Notes: generated by a model not told the origin, from the letters alone. Numbered from the stretch's first letter, positions 15,525 through 31,358 are shown. The stretch is DNA of 64,000 bases from the human T2T-CHM13v2.0 reference genome, Homo sapiens (GCF_009914755.1 NC_060929.1), one strand, 5' to 3'. Made by a program: numbers and translations.

Positions 15525-18500
15525 ATGCGACCATAGCATGAGACCCTCGGGGCCTCAGTGTGGATGGCCCTTGCCAGAGAAGATGTCAAGACTCGGCATG
15601 CAGCGCTTGCTTGGCCCTGCCACATCCTGCCTAGGTTAAAGTTTCCCCTGCCCCTTGAGCTGCCAGTTGAACTTGGTCGGCAAAGATGCGACCTTGTACT
15701 GGGAAGAAGGGATGGTGATAAGCCCGAGTTTTGTAAAGGAACAGCAGTCTCTTTTCGTTTGTTCAGATACCAAGCTCTCACCGAGGCCTCCTGACAGATT
15801 GACTTTGAAGGAAGGGCCCAGGTTCTGAGCCCAAAGGACCCCCAGGGTGGACATATCTGGCCTCCCAGGAATTGGGTCATGGTCCCAGCCTTTGCTGGGG
15901 CTGAGCCTCAGAGTTCCAGAAGGCCTTTCCCTGCTGCCAGAGGACAGTTGTTTTGTTGGCTCTTGGGTGGTCTGGTGGGAGCCTGGGCTCTGGTCTTCCC
16001 CTACAAGGTAGCCCTGAAGCCTTCCTCTCTCCCCATAGTTGGGGCTGGAGGTGGAGTGGACCTTCCTAAGGGGTTGTCTGAGGCTCCTCACATCCTCTTA
16101 GATCTCAAGTGCCTGTAGCAACACCGCACCTGAGAATCCTCACCCCCAATTTAGACTGCATTGACTACTAAAAAATCAAGGAATGGGGAGGGCCCTGGGG
16201 AATGTACGCTGCCGGGCGCAGCTCTGTCCAGTCTCCAGGGGGCCACTTCCCAGCTGCTGCTGCTGCCCTTCTATTCAGCACCCAGCCTGGGAGCAGAAAG
16301 GCACCTGACATTGCAGTGGTTGTCATATAGGGACGCTGGCCCCTCACACTGGTTCAGAGCCCAGGAATGCTTACTTAAAAGGCCTCTTCCCGGAAGCAGC
16401 AGGGCAGGGCCTGGGAACATGCAATGCCTAGCAAATTTGCAGCCCCAACAGGAGGACTTCTGCTCCTTTTCTCTAGCTGAGCACAGAGCTTGTGACAGTT
16501 AGTGGAGCCTTTCACGAAAGTGTGGATTGCTGGCTTCAGCACTGAGATAGTACTGGGCTCCTCCTGTAACTATAGTGACAGAGTCAGCTGTGACTCCCTT
16601 GACCTTTGTGGGAGGCCACTAGGAGGCTGGTGAGATCAGGGCAGGCGAGGCAATGAGTGAGTGGCCCAAGGTGCAGTGAACCCAGCACTTGCCAGCCAGG
16701 AAGGCTGATGGTATTTTTTCTAGGAGAGTTTGAGGAATCAGTACTAGGATTGCAGGCATGAACTTCGCAAGCCACCCACTCAGGTGTGCAAAACATCACT
16801 TTACTTTCCTAAAACTAAAATTAATTGCCAGCCTGAGACCTGACACTTCAAAGTAACCTCAGCCCAGTATGATGATTTCTGAGTTGCCGTAGGTTTGTGA
16901 CTCAGTCACATTTGGGGTTTTGCCCTCCCCTGTCCTGCCTGGGACTGGCTCTGAGTGCCGAGGATGTTCAATGGCGCAGCGTGCATGGGGCAGAGTTGGT
17001 CACTCAGTGGCATCCTCTGGGTCATGTATTTGTCCGGCCGTGTTTTTGTCTCTGGCCTCGTGTGTTTACTATGGTCCCTCCTGTCCCTGTTGGGTCACCT
17101 ACCACTTACCTTAGCCAATTGCTGCCTCGTTACTGTGGGCACAGGAAGGTGTGGCTGCTCTCTCAAAGCTCTGTCCTCCTAACATCTCCAGCGGCTGCAG
17201 CCACCCCCCCACCACCCACCCAGGACTCAGTACTCCTGGTTTACGGAACAGTGACTTCTGGTACACCAAGGAATGAGGGAGGCCCGAGGCAGGGCACTGG
17301 GGAATAAGACTCTAGGGCAATGCCCCTGTCCCGTTGTCCTGCACTCAAGTCCAGGTGTAGGAAGGGACCAAACAAAAGAGATGCGTCCAATTCTCATGCC
17401 GCCCCTGATGTCTGCTCTCCCTGCTCTCCCTGCTCTCCACCCCTTCTATGGTGTGGGCTCTTCTGTGAGCCCACTGTCCCCAGAGTTCCAGATGGGGCCT
17501 TTGGCAACCCCACCTTCAGATTCATGAACATATGGGGAGATTCTAGCCTTGCCTCCTGTCTTGGCCCGAGGATGGGGGAGGGCACGGGTACCCCCACAGC
17601 TGTTCTTTCAACCCTCCTGCCCACCTGTAGTTGGGGGAATTTTCTCAAATTCTGTGGGAGGTGGGTGAGAGGAGAGCCTGGAACAAGTTCTCCCAAACTT
17701 GTCTGTCTCACACCTGGATGTAGATGAAGCTTCTGAACCTAAAATCTAAGAATTTGATGGGAGAGAAAATGGATCCCCAATGGCTCCTGTGAGTGGATTC
17801 CAGAGATAAGGATGTTGCCCTCTGGCCCCTGCTCCTTCATCATCAAAGCTGGAAGCGTCTTTTGCTGGACAATTTGCAAATCCCCACCCAGCCCTTCCTG
17901 TTTCATTTCTTCTTTCCTTTCTCTCCTCTTGCCCCTATCTTGTGCTTTGTTTTCCCCCACTGCCAGAGCTTCTCATCTTTTAACACTTGCTATTGTTTTC
18001 TTGTTTCTTTTCATTCCTTTCTCCCCTTCCATCAGCCTCCTTTGATCATTTTCCATGGTTTTATTACCTTTGAGGGGTGGGAAGATGGTGGCTCTGTTTC
18101 TTTCTAGGTGAGAGGAGCTGTTTCTATGAGTCCCCAAAAGGCACTGGTGGGCCACACCTTAGCTCTCCTGAGCAGGTTCACAGGATGTGAGCCTCAGAGT
18201 TCAGGGCGCAGGTGACTTCCTCTCCTGGATCGAGTCACCAACTGTCCCCGCTCTGGGCACCAGGGACTGCCTCTGTGGCTGGAGAAGGCCATCTGTGTTT
18301 TCCCTGTTTACTGTCAGAGACATTGTGAGGACACAAACAGGAAGACTTGTGTTTTAGCAAGGTTATTAAAAATGGATAAACCAGTTTTCTGAGACCCTGG
18401 GATCCATGCAGACAGCTAGGTTAGTGGCCTTTCTTTAACAGTAAGAGCAGAAAATTTTTAAAGAATGACAGAGAAACCAGTCTGTGGCTTAAATAAAAAG

Positions 18501-18739
18501 ACCACAAGTTCCTTCTGGTGTCTTGGGAGGCAGCGGTGTGAAAACACCACGCAAGGGTCTGGAGGAGGCAGGAGATGGGGAGAGATGAAAAAGGAGAGGC
18601 CCACAGTATGGATGCCTCCGGCTGCTCTGCTGATGCTCTGTGTGCGAGGAAAGCCTGTGCTGGCCTGTCCACCCCAGTCTGATTCTGTCCCCATTTCCAG
18701 CACGCCCCTAGTTACTCCTGCTGCAGCAGGCACCCTGCC

Positions 18740-19045
18740 ACCCAGGGCAGTGGCCCACGGGCCAAATCCAGGCCCTGTTTTTGTAGGTTCATGAACTAAA
18801 AGCTATAATGACCTATTTAATGGTTGAAAACAAAAAGAATAACATTTTGTGACAAGAAAAGTCCAAGAAATTCACGTAGTGTTGACAAAGTGTAATTGGA
18901 ACACAGCCATGCCCATCGTTGACCTATTCCCTATGGCGGCTTGCCCCTACAAAGGCAGAGTTGAGTAGTTTCAACACAGAGTTTTTCCCACAAAGCAGAA
19001 AACGTTTACTCTCTGACCCTTTGCAGAAAAAATTTGTGGACGCCT
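18740..19045. mobile_element. MER58-like element
   Basis: ggcccacgggccaaatccagg...tttactctctgaccctttgcagaaaaaatttg. Confidence 0.7.
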
Positions 19046-19260
19046 ACCATAACCCACAGACATGAAACTCAGACTGCCACTATGTTTCAACTTTGAATTA
19101 GCTGCAAATTAAAAAGAAATCAGGATATGTCATTCTGAATTTCTGACCAAATAAGGACTGACCTCTTTGAAGGGTGCACACACACTTACTGGTTCCCCAC
19201 CAGCCCTCCTAAATTCCTGTCCCCTTCCCATAGCTAAGGTCGAGAGTTGGTGGCTTACAC

Positions 19261-19485
19261 CAGTGGTCTTTCAACAGGAGTGATTTTGACCCCCAGCCTC
19301 CAAACCTCAGACATTTGGTGATGCCTGGAGATATTTTTGATTGTCACGACTGGGAAGGTGCTACTGGCATCTAGTGGGTAGAGGCCGGCAATGCTGGAAA
19401 TTATCTTATAATGCGCAGAACAGCCCTCACAACAAAGAATTATCTGGCAGAAAATGTCAGCAGTGCTGAGGCTGAGAAGTCGTGG
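19261..19485. mobile_element. MER20 DNA transposon
   Basis: tgctactggcatctagtgggtagaggcc...acaacaaagaattatctggc...gtgctgaggctgagaa. Confidence 0.8.
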
Positions 19486-20804
19486 CCTGAACTACCCTCT
19501 GCCTTCTAGATCCACACACAGTGTTCACATGGGTGAGACTCCCCTCTAGGTGTCCCCTCTTTTTTCTAATTTAAAATTTGTTTTAAATTCAACTTTACAG
19601 CAGTAATCCCAAGAGTTTTAAATAGCAATTATTTGTCATGCTTAATTAACTCCTAACATGATCTGTGTGCACCTGTACACATTTTTCAGCTAATTGCAAA
19701 TCATACTGAATACATTATGTTCTCCCATATATAAAAATTCATGCATGAGCAAAGCATTTTGAACATCCATGAAAAACCCCATGGCGGGCCTGCATGGTGT
19801 GGTTTGCTAAGGCATCCCTTGGTTGATAGGATTCGTTTAAAGGTCCTCCTAGTATAGAGTGCAATGCGATAAACATTTATCTTTTCTTACCTTTGTCCTG
19901 TCTCTTTGGGGCTGTTTTCAAAAGTGGAATTGCTGGTCAGAATTTTATGGTTGTCACATTTTGCGTGACTGTGTCCCATCAAAGGTTATGCTGATTTACA
20001 GTATCACCAGACATGTCTGACGGATCCTTTGTCCTTTTCCACTGAGAATCAGCTGTCTACCACTGTGAGCTTGATTTTGTCAATTTATCGGGAATAGTTA
20101 ATGAAACTTTATAGTTATTTGTGTTGCTTTAATCCTTGTGAAGCCAAACTTTTCTTTTTTTATTGTTGCCATGTCCCTGTGTTGACATTACAGAATGTTC
20201 TCTGCCTCCGTGCTCCTGGGGACATTGACAGACCAGCTGAGTTGCTAGAAATAAGAGGGACTCAGTAGGCCCTTAGCACAGCGGGTGGACTTTGCCATTT
20301 GGTTGACTATTTAAAATACTTGTTTTTGTAGGGCATCTGAAAAAGAAATTTCACACTGGTGTATTTTGTTAATTGTTTCTACGTAAATGTTGATTATTGA
20401 CAAGCCTACTTGTAATCAAAATGTGTAGTGTGGTCAGTGTCTTGCACTCTTATGTTGTGGCGGGGGGGGGGGGGGCGGTTCCTGAAGAGTGGAGTGTGAC
20501 TAAGGATAACAGCAGTCCTCATTTCCTTTGGACACTGGGGTCAGTGGGGAGAGAGTTTGCTCCGAAGCACAAACAGCTCCAATCCATGCTGGAAGAGACC
20601 CCAGGCCACAATAGCCCTTGACACAGAGCTCTATGCAGGGCTGTGCTGCCCAAGACGCTTGTCGTGTGCTGATGAAAAGGGCTGGGGAGAAGCAAGGGGC
20701 AGGGGAGGGGCAGAACTCCACAAGAGGGCAAAACCTGCTGTCAGCAATGCTCTCGTGGCTGTTCAAGGGAAGTGAGATACTTGTACTATGCATTTCATTT
20801 TTAG

Positions 20805-20841
20805 GACTAGAATTCTGTCTTCCTGCCCAACTTCAATATAA
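20805..20841 (+). CDS. IL31RA: IL31RA alternative terminal coding segment (G)TRILSSCPTSI*, joined from the internal donor at 15238/15239
   Basis: catttttag|G ACT AGA ATT CTG TCT TCC TGC CCA ACT TCA ATA TAA is in phase with AAG AAT GG|gtatgt in exon 15; matches a recalled short-tail isoform C-terminus. Confidence 0.85.
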
Positions 20842-21121
20842 GTGTGGACTAAAATGCGAGAAAGGTGTCCTGTGGTCTATGCAAATTAGAAAGGACATGC
20901 AGAGTTTTCCAACTAGGAAGACTGAATCTGTGGCCCCAAGAGAACCATCTCTGAAGACTGGGTATGTGGTCTTTTCCACACATGGACCACCTACGGATGC
21001 AATCTGTAATGCATGTGCATGAGAAGTCTGTTATTAAGTAGAGTGTGAAAACATGGTTATGGTAATAGGAACAGCTTTTAAAATGCTTTTGTATTTGGGC
21101 CTTTCATACAAAAAAGCCATA

Positions 21122-21240
21122 ATACCATTTTCATGTAATGCTATACTTCTATACTATTTTCATGTAATACTATACTTCTATACTATTTTCATGTAATACT
21201 ATACTTCTATACTATTTTCATGTAATACTATACTTCTATA
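21122..21240. repeat. Minisatellite, 29-bp unit x4
   Basis: (atactattttcatgtaatactatacttct)4; first copy has 2 mismatches. Confidence 0.93.
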
Positions 21241-21245
21241 TTAAA
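21240..21245 (+). terminator. Candidate distal poly(A) signal of IL31RA (ATTAAA)
   Basis: ATTAAA ~400 nt after the alternative stop, directly after the 29-bp tandem repeat. Confidence 0.5.
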
Positions 21246-21251
21246 GTTTTA

Positions 21252-21554
<303 letters not shown>

Positions 21555-23154
21555 TCAGCTATCTAAACTGAGGCTCCACAATGTAAATACGTGAGAGATC
21601 AGGGAAGCCTGGTGGCTGTGGGAAAGGGCTCCAGTTGACCAGGACTCGGCAGCTCATTACACTCTTTGCTGCAGGAAATGACTCCTGCCTGCATTTCCTG
21701 TGGAGGATCCGAGACCCACGCCCGGGCTCTCATTGTCTTCCTATTCCAGGCTCCTTCCCGCTCCTGGAGCTGCCGCTGGGTCTCAGCTCTCTGCTCTGAG
21801 GCTACGCCGCAGCTACAGCTCCCTGACCTGTTCCTGTTCAGGCTCCCAGGAAACCTCAGAGTGGCAGGTGCCTGCTGTTTCCTCTGTCTCCCGCCCATCC
21901 CACCACGGCCTCTCCTGTACTTTCAATTTGTTTTTCTTTAGCCATTCCTTCCCTTCAGCTTCTAAACACAGTTGGGTCACTTCCATTAAAGAAAGAAAGA
22001 GCCCCCTGGATCTTCCTCTCCCTCTGGCTGCCCACAGACTCTTGTCACAACGCAGGCCGTGGTTTAAAGGGAACGTGGTCTACAGCCCGTCTGGCAGCTT
22101 CTCCAGGCAGCTGAACTTGTTTCCGTTTTTGGTAGTGAGAAAATTGCACCGCTAGAACTTTCTAGAGGTGTAGAAAGCAGGGAGTCACTCAACCCATTCT
22201 GGTTCGGGGGACTGCCAGATTTTTTTTAAAAAAAAGGGGGTGTAGAAAGCAAGTGAGACCAAACAATTTTGGGACAAGGAATACGGACACAGAACAGACT
22301 GGTAAGTACCCAAGTGTATGACAAACATCCACCATGGATCTAGGAGAAGCCCTGGGGCAGGGTGATATTCACCCGCAGAGACCCCTGTTCATCACTAAGC
22401 TTATGAAGAACCATTGACTGGCATTTAACACCAGGTGCTGTGCTCAAGGTGTGGCACGCAGTACCCAGTAAGCCTCACAACTGCATTGTGAGTAGGTAGC
22501 TCTGGCCAGTGGCAGATGAGGAGGCTGTGCTCAGAGAGGCTAGATGACTTGGCGGAGGCTCTCTGAGGCTCTAAGCGGGAAGTGGGGGGTTGGAGCCCAG
22601 CCCTTTGACTTTCCTTGTGCTTTTCTACCTCGGGTGAGTAAGATGACCAAGGGACTGGGGAGATCAAGAGGAGTGGAGACTCCAAGGGGACCCCTTTTTG
22701 GTGAGACGTGTAGACCATTCCCCTCTCCCCTGGGTGCCTGCAGAGAGCTCTTGAGACTGGTTTTAGAGCCAGTGAGGTCTAAGAGAAATGCTGACGGCAG
22801 GTGTGGGGATGGAGAGGGGAACCATGTCCATGTTCACAGCCCTGGTGACAAGAAGACAGAAGCCCCCAGGGACCCAGAGCTTCAGAAGGGTTTACGATGG
22901 CTACAGAAGCAGGTAGTCCCATGACAGTGTAGAATCTGTAAGCACCCCCAGGAGCTGGGCAGGGCAAAAGCAGGTCTGCTGGAAGAGTGGATGTCCCATG
23001 ACTGTTGGAATAAGGTACCACGTGGGTGCCTCCTCCCACCCCTCCTTCCCCCTCCCCCACCCCCACGCGCCCTTGGGGCAAAGCGAGACTCGTATCAAAA
23101 TAAAAATAAGTTATTGGCTCACGAGTTACACTTTCAGAGTCCACAGACTTAGCA

Positions 23155-23430
23155 AGGATTCGTGTCCTCTTGCCGCTGTAACACATTTCCATAAGCTCAA
23201 TGCCTTAAACAACAGGAATTGATGATTTCACAGTTCTGCAGGTTGGAAGTCACACTGGGCTACAGTCCAGGTGCTGGCAGGGCTGTGTTCCTCTCTGGAG
23301 GCCATAGGGAAGAGTCTTCCTTGCCTCCTCCAGCTCCTAGGCGATGCCTTTATTCCTTGGCTTGCGGCTCCTTCCTCCGTCTGCGGAGCCAGCGGTGTTG
23401 CGTCTCTCAGTTCTGCAGTCACACTCGCTC
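23155..23430 (-). mobile_element. MLT1-family LTR fragment
   Basis: gctgtaacacatttccataagctcaatgccttaaacaac...cacagttctgcaggttggaagtc. Confidence 0.65.
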
Positions 23431-24569
23431 TGTGTGCAGGACCTGGGCTGCACAGCATGAAGGCCCCAACTAAAGCCTCCGTCTCCATGTAGGGACTTTC
23501 TCCCGAGATGCCAGGTTTGTCCTTTTAGGAGTTCCTGGCCCATAGAAGACTGTGGCTATATAGTCTTATGTGAGATCAGAACCCAATGGGAGCTTGATGG
23601 GAACTGAGCCCAGAAACCCATCAAAATCTCATCTTATTGTTGTCAAAGCTATAGGGCCAAAGGATCTAGGGCCTAGAAAACCTAGCCCTAGATCCATGGC
23701 CCAGGGGGCTCACTAACAGTGCCCCTAGAATTAGACATCCCAGGTCCCTGGCCCAGCTGGATTCCCACAGGCCTTGCTCTGCAGGGACAAGATCCTGAGA
23801 GAGCAGGAGGGGCAGACTCTGGGGGTAGAACCAGGGGCTGTCTTGGCCTCGGCCCATCAGAACCACAAGCGCAGGCCCATGGAAGGGCGAATAAGGGGAA
23901 GTCCAATAACAATAAGGTCCAAATGAACTTCCATCTGAATTCAGAATTCTTAAGGATTAGCAAGTGCTGGAGTTTGTGCAGGGCTCAGGGGTCCAGGAAG
24001 GTGCACCCCAGTTAGTGAAAAGCCTAGGGTGCTGGTTCAGTCAAAACCACGACTGCATATGTGCACCTCACACATCTCCCAGGGGCTTGATTTCAAACCT
24101 TCCTTCATAGGAAACAAGCCACAGGACACAAAACACATCCAGTTGGCCTTTTGAAAGAAATAATATGTATTTACTTAGAAACAAAATTGCACTTTTCCCT
24201 ATAAGTCAACAAATGCTAAGGATTCTGGACGTCAAATACCTCCCAAGACGTTTTATCAGCCAGACTTTGTTGTCCTTCAGGAAAAAATATGAGTTCCAGG
24301 AAAAATGACAGGCATGCAGGATGCTGATTTCCTTCCTGATGGTAAGACAGCAGCCTCCTAGACTGACGATTTCGTGACTTCTCAGGGGCTGGGTCCGGAG
24401 AACACCTTACTTTAAACAAAGGGAGAATGCTCTGTCCAAAGGCATCTTCTCTTGAACCCAAAGCAATGTTTTCCCATCATATATCAGAATTTTCACTCTT
24501 TTCTAGATCCTTATCCCCTCACTACCCCTTCCCCATCAAAAATATAAAACAAGAAATTTTAAAAAAATC

Positions 24570-24861
<292 letters not shown>

Positions 24862-25225
24862 ACAAAATCTTCCAAAAAACAAAACAAAATGAAAACCCCA
24901 GGAGTCCTGAATATCATCCTTTGAGTCCTCCTGACCTCCTTGTCTGAGAGAGCCTTGAGTGAAGGAGCTCAGGACGGTACCCCTGAGGCCTGCACTCCAG
25001 CCTAGGTGACTGAGCATGGGTGACCCGTCACTGTGCTGCCGACAGCAGAATGGACTGACAGGGCTTCCAGATGGACACCGTCCCTGTAAGAGCATCTTAA
25101 TGCCTCAGGCTAAGTCCCATGTCAGAGTCAGGGCTTAGCTAACTTAACAGGTGGGAAGCTAACTTAACTCACGGCATGTTTACAAGTGTGATAACATTTA
25201 TAAATTCTAAAATAATAAAGCTAAT

Positions 25226-25907
<682 letters not shown>

Positions 25908-27036
25908 CTAATGAACCCACTTAATTAAATATTCTTCAATTTTGTGATTTTCTTTTCTTGGTTATTTGCCATCAATTGTTTTCTTCAGGTCAAGCATATT
26001 TTTGTAGGTCCCCAAAAAAACTCACTGGCCTGGGAGCCTGCCTCTCTGTTGCCAGGTGGATAGAATATCTCTGGCTAAGTGTTGTAATGAAAATGCCCTG
26101 CTGGCGTCTAATTGGAGACCATTGCCGGGTGGTCCCAGGTGGAGGGCATAGGGTTGGGGTCAGCTTGGGCTGTGGGTGGAGAGGCAGGAGGTCACCTGCA
26201 GGCTGACAGGACCCAGCCATCGTTTCCCCTCGTCCCAGACTAGGTGTTAAACGTGAAGCATTAACAGGTAGTCCTGATGGGCCTTTCTGGAGTTTGCTAA
26301 ACTGAGGTCTGGTGAGTGAGTCTGACGCTTTGGGTGGTTCTGTGTGCAACTATCACCTGGACCCTCCTGTGAACACTGTCACCGCAGATAAGGACCACGC
26401 CCAAAGTGTCCCAATTCTGAATGCTGTATTTGTACAGGGATGGGGTTAGGAATGGAACCTTAGGTTAAGTCCCCCCAAAGCAAATCCTGAGACAAACATC
26501 CAGGTGTAACTAATTCATCCAGGGCACATTCCCAAGAGAAACTGGTGAGCGAGTGAGGGAGGCTTGAGAGGAGGGGAAGACGCCAGGGCAGGGTGGGATT
26601 TCAGGCAGAGCCCTGCAGGTCAGCGCCAGTCTCATCCCCAGATGATGCTGGAGGTAAGTGACTCAGTCCTTGGCGCGTGTCCTCCCCAGGCAAGGGGCCT
26701 GGGCTATCACACTCCTAAGCTCCTCAGTCTACTAGTAAACAGCTGTCCCCACAGGGTATGAAACCTCCAGGCACATTTGACTGTGTGCTTGGAGGCCAGG
26801 AGTCAGGCTCCGGTAGCCTGAGGGAAGCTGTGGAAAGATAACTGCAGGTGCCCGCAGTGGAAAGCAAAGCCCAGGGAAGCTGGTGGAGATGGGGGCAGAT
26901 CCTGTTGCCAGATTTGGCAATACAAAATGCAGAGCACGTATTTACATAACACACACCAGGTACTGTCCTGTGTGTTTTTCAAAGACTATCTCGTTTAATC
27001 CCAGCCTGGCCAGCTCTGGAGTGGGTGCTCCCCTAG

Positions 27037-27367
<331 letters not shown>

Positions 27368-27399
27368 CAGTGCGCCCCTATTTTGAAGGTAGAATGTAG

Positions 27400-27700
27400 T
27401 CGTTTGAAGCAGGAGCACTGGGGTCAGACTGAATTTTAAGCCCCAGCGTTGCTCCCTGCTCCTCTGTTGCCTTCCACGAGTTCCTCAACCTCTCTAAGCT
27501 TCAGTTGCTTTATCTGTAAAATGGGTGAAATAGTATCACCACAACAATTGGGGCAGTGAAACGAAGCAGTGATTCTACCACTTCATTCTACCACTGTTTG
27601 CTGCACATAGTGCTTGGCACATAGTAAGCGCGGGGTGAGTAACAGTGGGGCTTGTTGTCATCATTACAGATGAGGTAACTGAGGTGAGGAAAGCCCATGC
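27400..27700. mobile_element. MIR fragments
   Basis: aacctctctaagcttcagttgctttatctgtaaaatggg and acagatgaggtaactgagg MIR core. Confidence 0.6.
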
Positions 27701-28939
27701 TGTTTCTAAAGGGTGGCTTTGCATTGGTTTTCATTTCTGTGTGGGGCCAGGGGAGGGGTGGACTCTGGGGAGGTGTGAACCTGGCTGTGAGTGCATAGGG
27801 CAAGAGTCCCCTATTTTCCAGCCCCCTCTCAGGGTCTCCTTCCTGATACTGTCCACAAACAAGAAGGGGTCCGCCCAGTCTGAAGGACCCCAGAACCTCA
27901 CGGCAGGCCTGGGGAGGCTAGGCGGCGATGCTGAAATAAAGGAGGAGGCAAGGAGGAGAAGCCGGGCAGGGGATTGTCTAGAATTGTCCAAAAAGAGGAA
28001 ACGAGCTATTTCTCAGCTCTTTGCCTTTAGTGCTTGCCTGGAGATGCCATTGTTAGGGTCCCAGGCCAGTCCCACAATCTAGAAACCCTCCCTCCCCACA
28101 TTTCATAGACACAGCCATAGTCGTGGCATGGACACTGCATGAGCCCCTGCAAGCAATGCACAGGCCTCCTCAGGAGGGGAGGTGCCACCTGGTTTCTGGA
28201 GCCTCAGGCCTCCCTCACCCTCCGCAGGATGCTTCTCCTTGGACATGATGTTCCCAGGCTTGGAAGCAGCTACCCTTCCTTCACCTCACAGGCTCATTGC
28301 CCCTCTCTTTCCCTGGAGCCTCCAGCTAACCAGTCGCCACGTCTGGCCGCGCTGCTCCTGAGCTGGCTTTGCTTTCCTATTTTTCTCCTGGCCTCAGCCC
28401 CCTTCAGACTTCACCCTGATGAGAAAAGTGCTCCTGAGTAGTGTCCTGTCTCAGGCTTACCCTCTCTTGTCCATTCCTCAAGTAGGTGTTACAATAATCT
28501 CAAAGACAAGAAAGAACTAGAATAGTCCCCATCTCATGGGATGAATGACGGAAAGCCCAGCTCCCCAGCTGGTGACATCATCACCAAGCAGGGCCTGGAC
28601 TGGGGCAAGTCTAGGGCTCCCAACAGAAGGAGGTGCTCACTTTCGGGGTCACGCAAGGGCACCAAGTACCTCCCATGACTGTGTGCCCTGGGTACCTCTC
28701 TTATCTCACCCACTGTGTTTCTTACTCTTCTCTCTGCTACGGGAGGCCCTTTGACATCACCAGATTGTGACCTTTCATTTAGCATGGAATCAGTAGAAAA
28801 TCTGACACCTGCAGAATTATCTGCACGAAGAAAGCCTCCTTGTTTGGAAATGGGGCTGGCTTACATTCACACATGACTCTATTGGAGAAGACAGAAACCT
28901 GTTTGATGTTGCCTTAAATGTAGTAAAAATGTTGTGGTT

Positions 28940-29230
28940 GGACTGGCACAGTGGCTCACAACTGTAATCTCAGCACTTTGGGAGGCCAAGGCAGGAGCAT
29001 CACTTGAGGCCAGGATGTTGAGGCTAGCCTGGGCAACATAGTGACACTCCATCCCTACAAAACTTTTTTTAAAAAATTAGCCAGGTCTGGTGGCACACGT
29101 CTGTCATCCCAGTTGCTTTGGGGGCTGAGGCAGGAGGATTGCTCCAGCCCATGAATTCGAGGTTGCAGTTACCTAAGAGCGCATAACTGCACTCCAGCCT
29201 GGGCCACAGCATGAGATTGTGTTTCAAAAA
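28940..29230 (+). mobile_element. Alu (J-like)
   Basis: Diverged Alu consensus. Confidence 0.85.
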
Positions 29231-29743
29231 CACGGTGGTGATTAGACGTCTCTTTTGAACCTGCCTCAAGGTCAGAGGTGTATGATTAGGTGCCACCTTG
29301 GGCATTCCTTTCTGTCCTGGGAGTAGAAAAAGTGTAAGATTACCTCCCCACGAGCACTTGAGCATGGGTTGTAGATAAATCCATCTGTGTCCCTGCTGGG
29401 GCTGATGGAGATATGAGGACTGAGGGGTCCTCCTTGCTTGAAGTCACATCTTTGGCAAAGGGCTGGAAAGAGGGCAGGGAATATCTAGATGTTGCTCAGA
29501 GGGGTCAACAAAAATTCTTCCGGCCAGTCCTGAAATACAAGTCTCATTGTAACAATAAGAATTATAGTTTAGTCTGACCCAGAGAACTGAGGCAACATTG
29601 ATTTGAAAACAGTTTGTGCACACTGCTGGCTCTCCTGGTCACCAGCTCATGCCTGCACGACAAAATTCTACAGAAGATGCTTTTCCTCCAGGAAGGCATC
29701 CCGATGAGCACAGCTTTTTGCCCGAACATAAAATGTTTTCTGA

Positions 29744-30127
<384 letters not shown>

Positions 30128-31127
30128 TCTCTTCGTTATTTAAACACAAAAGTTCTGTTTGCGAAAGACCCATTCACTAAAATGACCTCATCCAATGTTA
30201 ATTTTTAATTTTGAGAATCACACGGAGATCACCAGAAGGAACTGGCATAAAAGGAGACAAGGGATTTAGTCATTATTCCTGGGATATGATCTCAATATTA
30301 ACTAGGTTAGATTTCAGTGTAAAGTTTTTTAAAGACCATTTTAAAAAGCAAAATGGTAACAGGTTACATTACTGGGATGGGGGGAAAGTCTCTTAAGATA
30401 AAAGTGGATACTTAAGGCTTGAATACTGTTTTCCACGACAGCATTGTCTGCTGTCTCTCACACAACTAGATGGAAATGTTAGGAACGAGCTCCCAAAACC
30501 TGTGCCTATGATTCACAAAGGGGATCTGGTAATGACGAGGAAGGACCTCAGTGTCCAATTGCAAGTGAAGAGTTGCATGGAACTATCTTCATAAAGTACG
30601 AGTGAACAAAATCAATTCTATATTTCTGCATTGTTCCACATCATCTTATTTAAAATATGGATCATAGGCAGACATCTGACTATTTAATCAACATCTGTAA
30701 AGCTCACACAGTTAAGCTGTCCAAAAACTTTTCTTGGGATCTTCTCGTTGAGGAATTGGGGGATTGTTTTATACTGGGAGCTGCCTGGTGTTTGGCCAGG
30801 GGTTGGTCGTAGCCTGGTTTGTAGGGCCTGAGCCTACTTGCACTTTCTGATGTGTTCTTAAGGCGGAGCCTGATCCTGGTTCACTCCGTCTTCCTCACTA
30901 GACAGTAACTTCCCAAAGGGCAGGGCCGTCCTTTTATAACCCACAAACCCAGCGTTTTCTCCTGTGCTGTTGGAAAGTTTGCTGGCCCCTCTTCTCTGGA
31001 CCTCATTTTCCTCGTCCAGGATGAGGAGTTTGGATAAAATGATTTAATAAGGATCCATCTGACTTTAATTTTCTCTAAATTTTTGCTTTTGGATTGAGTA
31101 TATATTTTGCTTCAAATGAAAGCTCTT

Positions 31128-31358
31128 GCCAAGGCACGGTGGTTCAGAGATGTAATCACAGCACTTTGGAAGGCCAAGGATGGAAGATAGCTTGAAGCCA
31201 GGCATTTGAGACCAGCCTGGCCAACAAAGTGAGCCCGTGTCTACAAAAAAGAAAAAAGAAAAATTAGCCGGGCATGGCAGTGCTGCCTGTAGTCTGAGCT
31301 ACTTGAGAGGCTGAGGTGGGAGGATTGCTTGAGCCTGGGCAACAGAGCAAGACTCTCT
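31128..31358 (+). mobile_element. Degenerate Alu (J-like) with internal deletion
   Basis: Right arm jumps from cttgagcc to tgggcaac. Confidence 0.8.

Noticed and set aside
15521-18794. Dense overlapping ORFs in the IL31RA 3'UTR region
   Set aside because: Expected in GC-richer sequence; many start at non-ATG codons, overlap on both strands and show no recognisable domains.
21122-21240. Regular 29-bp repeats, superficially CRISPR-like
   Set aside because: No unique spacers, no cas genes, eukaryotic context; an ordinary minisatellite.
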